Of a DNA stretch of 64,000 nucleotides, positions 57,301 through 64,000 are shown piece by piece. The first letter of the stretch is position 1, and each line of letters opens with the position of its first letter. Made by a program: the position numbers and the translations under genes. The notes beneath the pieces are model-generated. The model had not been told where the DNA came from. It did not search any database and worked only from the letters and a program-made list of their open reading frames with translations. This DNA is from Hypanus sabinus (taxonomy: Eukaryota), in assembly GCF_030144855.1 (NCBI RefSeq), contig NC_082723.1, positions 37,138,001 through 37,202,000 of the forward strand. The letters are read 5' to 3'.

Positions 57301-58859
57301 TCTGTAATGGGGAATAACCAGTTGACGTTTCAGGCCAAGACCCTTCATTAGGACAAGATGGTGGGAATTTTATTTAAGTTGCAATTATGTTTTGGATGGT
57401 ACTAGAAGAATAGGTAGTACCTAAAGAATCAATAAATTATCTTGTAAGAAAATTTACTTTTGCACCTTCAAATTAAACTACAAATACTGTGCTACATTTG
57501 CGTTTTTGGGAAGATTTGTGGGAAGGAATTATGCCTGGAAATAGCTGAATGTTACTCGGGGTTTTAAAGAAGGAATTGTCTCTTCATCTATACCGTGTGC
57601 ATGTAAAATCCAATTGATGAAGTATCACATTGACAGTTTGTCTTAATTCTAAAATAACTTTTCTTACAACTAAATGATCAACAAAAATATTTTTTGATGG
57701 TACCAACATTTTGGAATATGTTTATGGTTTGCTTTGTATTAACTATTATTTTTTTAGAGCACATATGCAAATCTTTTGGCAAACAGTTGTGCAAGGAACT
57801 TTGAAAAATAATATGGTACCTTTTGTATCTTCCTGACCAAGTAGATGGACATTTTTATTTAAATAATGAAAAGTACAGTATGTCTCTGCACCACTAAATC
57901 TAAATCTTCATGACTTTTTCCACCTGTCAAGCCTCAGTTGAAATTTGTACAGCATCCTCTGAAAGTTGCACTCTTTCTTGCCATTAGCTACATAAGCTCT
58001 CCTTAATTGGCAAATTTCGAAGTGATTGCCTTCATTTAAATCTCTTTATCTTAGAATTATTCCTCTGTGCCTCATGAGCCATCCATTGTAACACTTGCTA
58101 AAATGGGTCCTGGATACTACAGGTCAATTCTACTTAATAACAGTTTCAAATTATGAGAACTTCAAGCATAGGTGCTTATTTTGCTCAATTCTGCCCACAT
58201 ACTTGCATGATGTGACGAAGTTCTCTGGTCATATTAACTTATTTACATGAATATACACAATTATGCTGTCCTTTTTATCCTGTAATACAAATCTGCCGTT
58301 TCCTTTTGCTATTTATGAACACGCCATTTCTTGTTATTTTTAAAAGTCCTCTTGAGGGTGAAGGTCTGATAATCTCCCATGACATGCCTTGGGGTATGAT
58401 ATGCAACTGGACAGACAGAAAGAGCGACAACCACTTCCATTGCTTAAATGAGCAGAATGAAAGATTTCTGATGCCAACCCCAGGTATCAATGCAAGCAGA
58501 GTACTACCACCTCGGTGTAAATCTCCCTTCAGAATGGGCAAGGAATAAGTTGAACATAAAAGCCAATTCATAAACTAACTTTGCTTTAAAATATAATAGT
58601 TTTCAGTGTGAAATAAGTATTGTTTTTGACAAATGTTTGTTTTCACATCAGGCACAATCACAGTTGTGGGAGTCAGCCCAAAAAATAAATCTACTTCGTA
58701 TATCACTGGAGTGTCGCCTAAGAGAACTCCCTAATGATCATTACCTCCAGGCAGTTATCAAAGAAGAGTTGAAAATTGTGAATTCGCCATCAATGGAACT
58801 AACTCGTTTTGGTGCTTCATACCACACTTCAGCCTTCATTAAATCAGCAGCATTAACAG
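42361..58859 (+). CDS. PKN3: PKN3 (protein kinase N3), exons 1-6 encoding the HR1a/b/c Rho-binding region; gene continues beyond the window
   Basis: join(42361..42381,52273..52570,54536..54690,55498..55627,56947..57086,58652..58859), GT-AG and phase-consistent. Contains HR1 motifs [43 protein letters not shown] and [22 protein letters not shown], and ends KSAALTG. The paralog call rests on synteny with SET. Exon 1 (MAGVSQQ|GTCAGG) is less certain. Confidence 0.88.
44400..44690 (+). mobile_element. CR1 3' end fragment
   Basis: CR1 3' sequence (GAATCTGTGGAATTTGTTGCCACAG...) ending in a (TCTTATGG)n tail. Confidence 0.7.
44755..51257. mobile_element. Tx1-clade (Keno-like, U2-associated) non-LTR retrotransposon with an inverted 5' half and internal rearrangement
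   Basis: Minus strand 44761-48503: U2 fragments, ORF1 (~46884-48379, three CCHC-type knuckles), then ORF2 from ATG 46874 (APE: INVYT, GDFNC, SRID, LSDH; RT to [10 protein letters not shown]...GVTLPG). Plus strand 48501-51257: RT resumes at SLYMDD, with the C-terminal CPREDC...HLFAHC zinc finger, stop at 51004 and an A-tail. ATCAGTT occurs at both ends (44748, 51258). Confidence 0.9.
48411..48503 (-). pseudogene. RNU2: Two tandem U2 snRNA 5' fragments (nt 1-52 degenerate; nt 12-52 perfect)
   Basis: 48463-48503 is the exact reverse complement of recalled U2 nt 12-52 (GCCTTTTGGCTAAGATCAAGTGTAGTATCTGTTCTTATCAG). 48411-48462 matches U2 nt 1-52 at 44/52. No Sm site or 3' stem-loops are present. 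Confidence 0.92.
56217..56270. repeat. (TG)n microsatellite followed by a C-rich tract
   Basis: Directly visible: (TG)12 followed by C runs. Confidence 0.9.
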
Positions 58860-59499
58860 GTAGAGGCTCTTTATTTTCTCATTTTCAAATGGCCAACGAG
58901 AAAAATCGCTGTTATATTAATGGGATTTATTCAGTTTATGTATTTGGAGATGCTCATGCCACCTAATTGCACCCATTGGACCAATTAACCTACAAATTCT
59001 TAAATCTTTGAAATGTGGGAGAAAATCAAAGCACCCAGAGGAAGCACCAGGAGAAAGTACAGTGCCAGGAACTGAACCTGGGTCACTTGCACTGTAATAG
59101 TGTTAGGCTAACTATGTTGCCCCAATTCTGTTTGTGATCTGAGCAGCATAAGAAATTGAGATTATAGGTTCTTTTCCCCACCATCTACTGCTGGTGGGAA
59201 GTCTCCTAATCTTTCTGTGTTCTTCCAGAGAAACAAGTACCATCATGACAATTCCTGTGCTTTTGTCCTGATAGTTTGATAGGTTTGGAGAATATTTTGT
59301 CATTCATACATGTTCCAATAAGTTATTGGTGTAGGTTTATTTTACATTTTATATTCCTATTAAAGTTTTTCTTTATCGATGTACTAATCTTTTTAATTTA
59401 CTTACTTTAACCATTGTATTTTATTTTTTGGTCATTATTATTAATTCTCTGAAGGTGAATTTTTTTAACGTTTTGATATCTTTTTTTCATTTTTTGTGT

Positions 59500-62400
59500 A
59501 ACTAAGATGGCGGTTTCATTTTAAAAATACTTGCTTGTTTTTGATTTCGCCATTTTTTTTGTCGTCTTCGTCCTATAATGCCTTTCTTATCACATCCTAA
59601 CTTTTATTTGTTCAGGTTTTAACCTGATTTATAAGTTACCAGTGTTCATATTTTTGTTTTCTTTTTACTAGCAATTATATTAAGAAGTCTGTTTTAGCAT
59701 AGTGTTAATTACTTTTTAGGATTTTGGGTGGATTTCTTTTTCTCCTTTATATATTTGGAGTCGCCTTCTGGAGACATGGGGGTAGATTAAGTGTCACGCT
59801 TTTTTTCCTGGCCTCCTTTAGGCTCAGGAGGATCTCTTTTTCATGGGTGGTGGGTGGGGGGGTTTCTTTCTAATTCTATTGGTCTTTTTATTAGTTTTTC
59901 TGGTTTTTTCATTTGGGCTGATTTCAAACTATTAAAATGTGTGATGTGTCGTCATTTCCGATTCCTCCACTTATTTTTGTTCCTCTTCCAGGTGCATGAG
60001 TTCCTACTTTGGTTAACTCTTTATATACCAAAGGGTTGATTTTAGAAATATGGCTCAGACCATTAATTTTGTCTCTTGGAATACTAATGGCTTAAACGGA
60101 AAAAGATTTTAAAAGTATTCCAAAGACTAAAAGTGCATATTATTTTTGCACAAGAAACTCATGTGAGGAAAGAGGACAATTAGCATTTTTTTAGGTTTTG
60201 GAGTGGTCAACAGTACCATTCGAATTCAAACGCCAAAGTAAAAGGAGTTTCAATTTTTATTGACTCCTCCATTACATTTTTTCAACACGATATTATTTTG
60301 GATCCGAATGGTAGATTTTTGTTAATTACTGGGTTACTTTTTAATAAGAAGGTTGCTGTGGTTAATGTTTACGCTCCAAACGTGGATTATCCTGATTTCT
60401 TCAAGTCTTTATTTACTTCTCTACCTAATCTAAACGAATATATGTTAATAATGGGTGGTGACTTCAATTGTTGTTTAAATCCTTTGCTGGATAGATCTAT
60501 ATCCATTCAGACTTTACCAAATAAGTCGGCCACTTATATCAATTCTTTTTTGACTGATACTGGGATTTTCGATATTTGGAGATTTCTGCATCCTAAGGAC
60601 AAAGATTTTTCATTTTTCTCACATGTCTATCATACTTACTCGAGAATTGACTACTTTTTCATTGACTCTTGTTTTATTCCATCTGTAATTGGTTGTAATT
60701 ATGACGTTATAGCCATCTCTGATCATGCTCCAATGAAACTTTCTATTAAATTAATGGACACAGCTCTTGGTACTAAGCAATGGCAATTTGATTCTACCTT
60801 ACTACAAGATCCGGATTTTTTTAAATTTATAAAGGAACAGATTGATTTCTTCTTTTCAACTAATTCCATGGATGAAATCTCCTGCGGAACACTTTTAAAG
60901 CATATATACGTGGACAGATTATCTTCTATTCTGTTGGTTTGAGAAAACATATTAAGAAGAAAACTCTTTTATTTGTTGATAAGATTAAAGAAATTGACAA
61001 GAAATATTCGATTGCTCCTAGTAAGGAGCTTTACAAGCAAAGGGTTGAGCTTCAAATGGAACACAGTTTATTACTTACATTTTCAATTGAAAATCAATTA
61101 ATGAAAATCAGAAGTGATTTTTATATACATAGTGATAAATCGGGTAAACTGTTAGCTAACCAATTGAAGAATGCTTCGGTTAAACGTCGAATTATTAAGA
61201 TTCGCCAACAGAATGGTGAAATGACAATTAATCATGATGAGATAAATAAATCTTTTCAAGATTTTTGTACCTCCCTGTATCATTCTGAATTTCCTCATGA
61301 TCATAATACCATGCATGATTTTTTAGGGAAATTGAATTTTCCAAAATTGTCATCTGAAGAACTTTTAATATTAGAAACTCCTATTACGGATGCAGAAATT
61401 AAAGGTGTTATTTCCTCTATGAGTTCCGGGAAAGCACGAGGTCCAGATGGGTATACAGTGGAATTTTAAAAGTTTTTTTCCTCTTCTCTTTCTCCTTGGT
61501 TATGCAGGGTTTTTGAAGAAGCAATTAGACTAGGTAAACTACCACAATCTTTTTATAGAGCTTCCATTTCTTTAATATTGAAAAAAGATAAAGACCCTAC
61601 AGACTGTGCATCCTATAGACCAATATCTCTATTGAATGTAGATTCCAAGATCTTTTCCAAGTTATTGGCGACCAGGCTGTAGAAGGTATTACCTCAAATG
61701 ATCTCGGAGGATCAAACTCGTTTTATTAAAAGTCGGTCTTCCTTTTTTCAATATTAGGAGATTATTGAATATTGTTTATACTCCTTCAAGTAGTACCTCA
61801 GAATGTGTCATTTCATTAGATGCGGAGAAAGCATTTGATAGTTGAATGGCCATATTTATTTACTGTGCTTGAGAAGTTTAATTTTAGTCCGACATTTATG
61901 TCCTGGATTAAATTGATATATCATACTCCAGTAGCCTCGGTTTTTACTAATAATCAAAGATCTTCCTTTTTTTGTTTATTTTGGGGTACCAGGCAAGGCT
62001 GTCTTCTTAGTCCATTATTATGTGATATAGCTCTGGAACCTTTGGCAATTGCTATTAGAGAATCACCTAACATTTTTGGCATTACTCGAGGGATAGATAT
62101 ACATAAGTTATCATTATACGCAGATGATTTGTTATTATACATTTCTGATCCTGTGAAATCCATTCCTGCAATTATATCATTATTGGCTCAGTTTAGTGAT
62201 TTTTCCAGGTATAAATTGAATCTTAATAAGAGTGAATTGTTCCCCTTAAATAGACAGGTTCCAATTTGTGGAAATTTACTTTTTAAATTAGTTAATGACT
62301 TTGTTATATACTTGGGGATTAAAATTACAAAAAATCATAAGGAGTTATTCAAGGTTAATTTTTTACCCTTAATTGATCAAATTAAATGTTTGTTTACTAA

Positions 62401-64000
62401 ATGGTCACCATTGTCTTTATCTCTGATAGGTCAGATTAATGCTATTAAGATGATTATTTTACCCAAGTTCTTGTATATATTTCAAGCGGTACCAAGTTTC
62501 ATTCCAAAATCCTTTTTTGACAATGTTGGTTCAAAAATTTTCTCATATATATGGCAGAATAAAAATCCTGGATTAGGTAAAAGATATTTACCTAAGTCAA
62601 AGAAGGAAGGTGGATTGGCATTGCCTAATTTTAGATTTTATTATTGGGCAATTAATATTTGATATTTGAATTGTTGGTTAAGGGATTTGGATTTATCTCC
62701 TAGCCCTCATTGGGTAAACCTGGAAACTAAATCTGTACAAGGATTTTCATTGGGTTCTATTTTAGGGTCTTCTCTTCCCTTTGCTCTTTCTAAATTGCAT
62801 AAACGAATTGACAATCTGATAGTTAAGCACACTTTACGTATCTGGTTTCAATTTCGGAAATTTTTTGGGTTGAATCAGTTTGTTTTAGCAATTCCTATTG
62901 TATCCAATTTCTTTTATCATCCCTCTATTATAGACCAAGCTTATTCAGCTTGGAAGACTCATGATTTTCTGATTTATTTTTGGAGAAATTATTAGAACTA
63001 AATCCTTTTCAGAAAGGTGTAATATCAAATGTTTACAATATAATTATGAAAATGCATTCGGAGGCCTTTTATAAGATTAAAAATGATTGGGAAAGAGAAC
63101 TTAACCTTACTATCCCTATTGAGAATTGGGATAAAATTCTTCAATTAGTTAATTTATCCTCCATGTGCTTTACATTCATTGATACAGTTTAAAGTAGTGC
63201 ACAGGGCTCATATGTCCAAGGATAAATTGGCTCGTTTTTATTCCCATATAAATCCTATATGTGACAGATGTCATTCTGAGATAGCTTCTTTAACTCATAT
63301 GTTTTGGTCATGTTCACTTTTGAAAAAATATTGGAAAGACATTTTCGATATTATTTCCACGGTTTTGAACATTTATTTACAACCTCATCCTATTACTGTA
63401 ATCTTTGGTTTACCAATGATAGTCAATTCATTTATCTTCTTCTGCTTGTCAGATGATTGCATTCCTTACATTAATGGCTAGAAGATCTATTTTGTTGAAT
63501 TGGAAAGAAATTAATCCCCCTACCATATTTCATTGGTTTTCTCAAACTATGTTATGTCTAAATTTGGAAAAAATTAGAAGTGTCATATATGACCCTTCTA
63601 TTAAATTTGAAAAGACTTGGAGGCCACTTATTCAATATTTTCACATGATGTAATTTGACCTTGTTCCAATCCTATTTGATTATATGTATGTTGAGAGGAT
63701 CGGAGTTGGGGACACTAATGATTCTTTGCCTTTTTGTAGATACTATAAACAGCCCATTTAAAAAATAAAATAAAATAAAATCCCTTTTTTTCTCTTTATT
63801 AGTTAGTGGTTAATTTGTTAGATTAGTTTTTCTTAGGGCAATAATTTCTTTTTCCTTTCTCTTTTCTGTTTTTTTTCAACATGATATACCTAGTTTTTTT
63901 TGTTGTTGTTTTGTTTATATGATAGTTGTATCATTCATGATTTGGGAAGACTTAACTATATTGTACTTATTGCTTGTGTATCCTTTTATGTTCATTTTAA
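59500..64000 (+). mobile_element. L1-clade LINE (AT-rich; disrupted ORF2 plus 3' UTR) in PKN3 intron 6
   Basis: ORF2 from ATG 60050 (MAQTINFVSWNTNGLN): NVYAPN, GGDFNC, YSRIDYF, ISDHAP, GTRQGCLLSPLL, LYADD, CDRC...HMFWSC; multiple stops and frameshifts. The 5' boundary is approximate. Confidence 0.9.

Noticed and set aside
60050-63653. Active L1
   Set aside because: ORF2 is broken by many stops and frameshifts, and no ORF1 is recognisable upstream.

Overview
Eukaryotic (vertebrate) genomic DNA, most likely from a cartilaginous fish (ray/shark-type CR1, Rex/Babar, Penelope and HE1-like SINE repeats; inference). Gene order: WDR34/DYNC2I2 exon 1 (minus strand), a 525-bp CpG-rich bidirectional promoter, complete SET/TAF-I beta (8 coding exons, 277 aa), a minus-strand gene encoding a 175-aa signal-peptide-bearing, stand-alone cereblon-type CULT (thalidomide-binding) domain protein spliced through a GC-AG intron, and the first six exons of PKN3. 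This matches the human WDR34-SET-PKN3 order with one extra gene between SET and PKN3. About half of the window is transposon-derived. The most notable element is a 6.5-kb Tx1-clade (Keno-like) retrotransposon in PKN3 intron 1. It carries two tandem U2 snRNA 5' fragments, has a precise 5' inversion (twin-priming geometry) and is inserted at a U2-like ATCAGTT site. Also present: a Chapaev3-type DNA transposon with TIRs and a TAA target duplication, nested CR1/SINE insertions, and an L1 ORF2. All assignments are from manual reading and motif recall, with no database searches.
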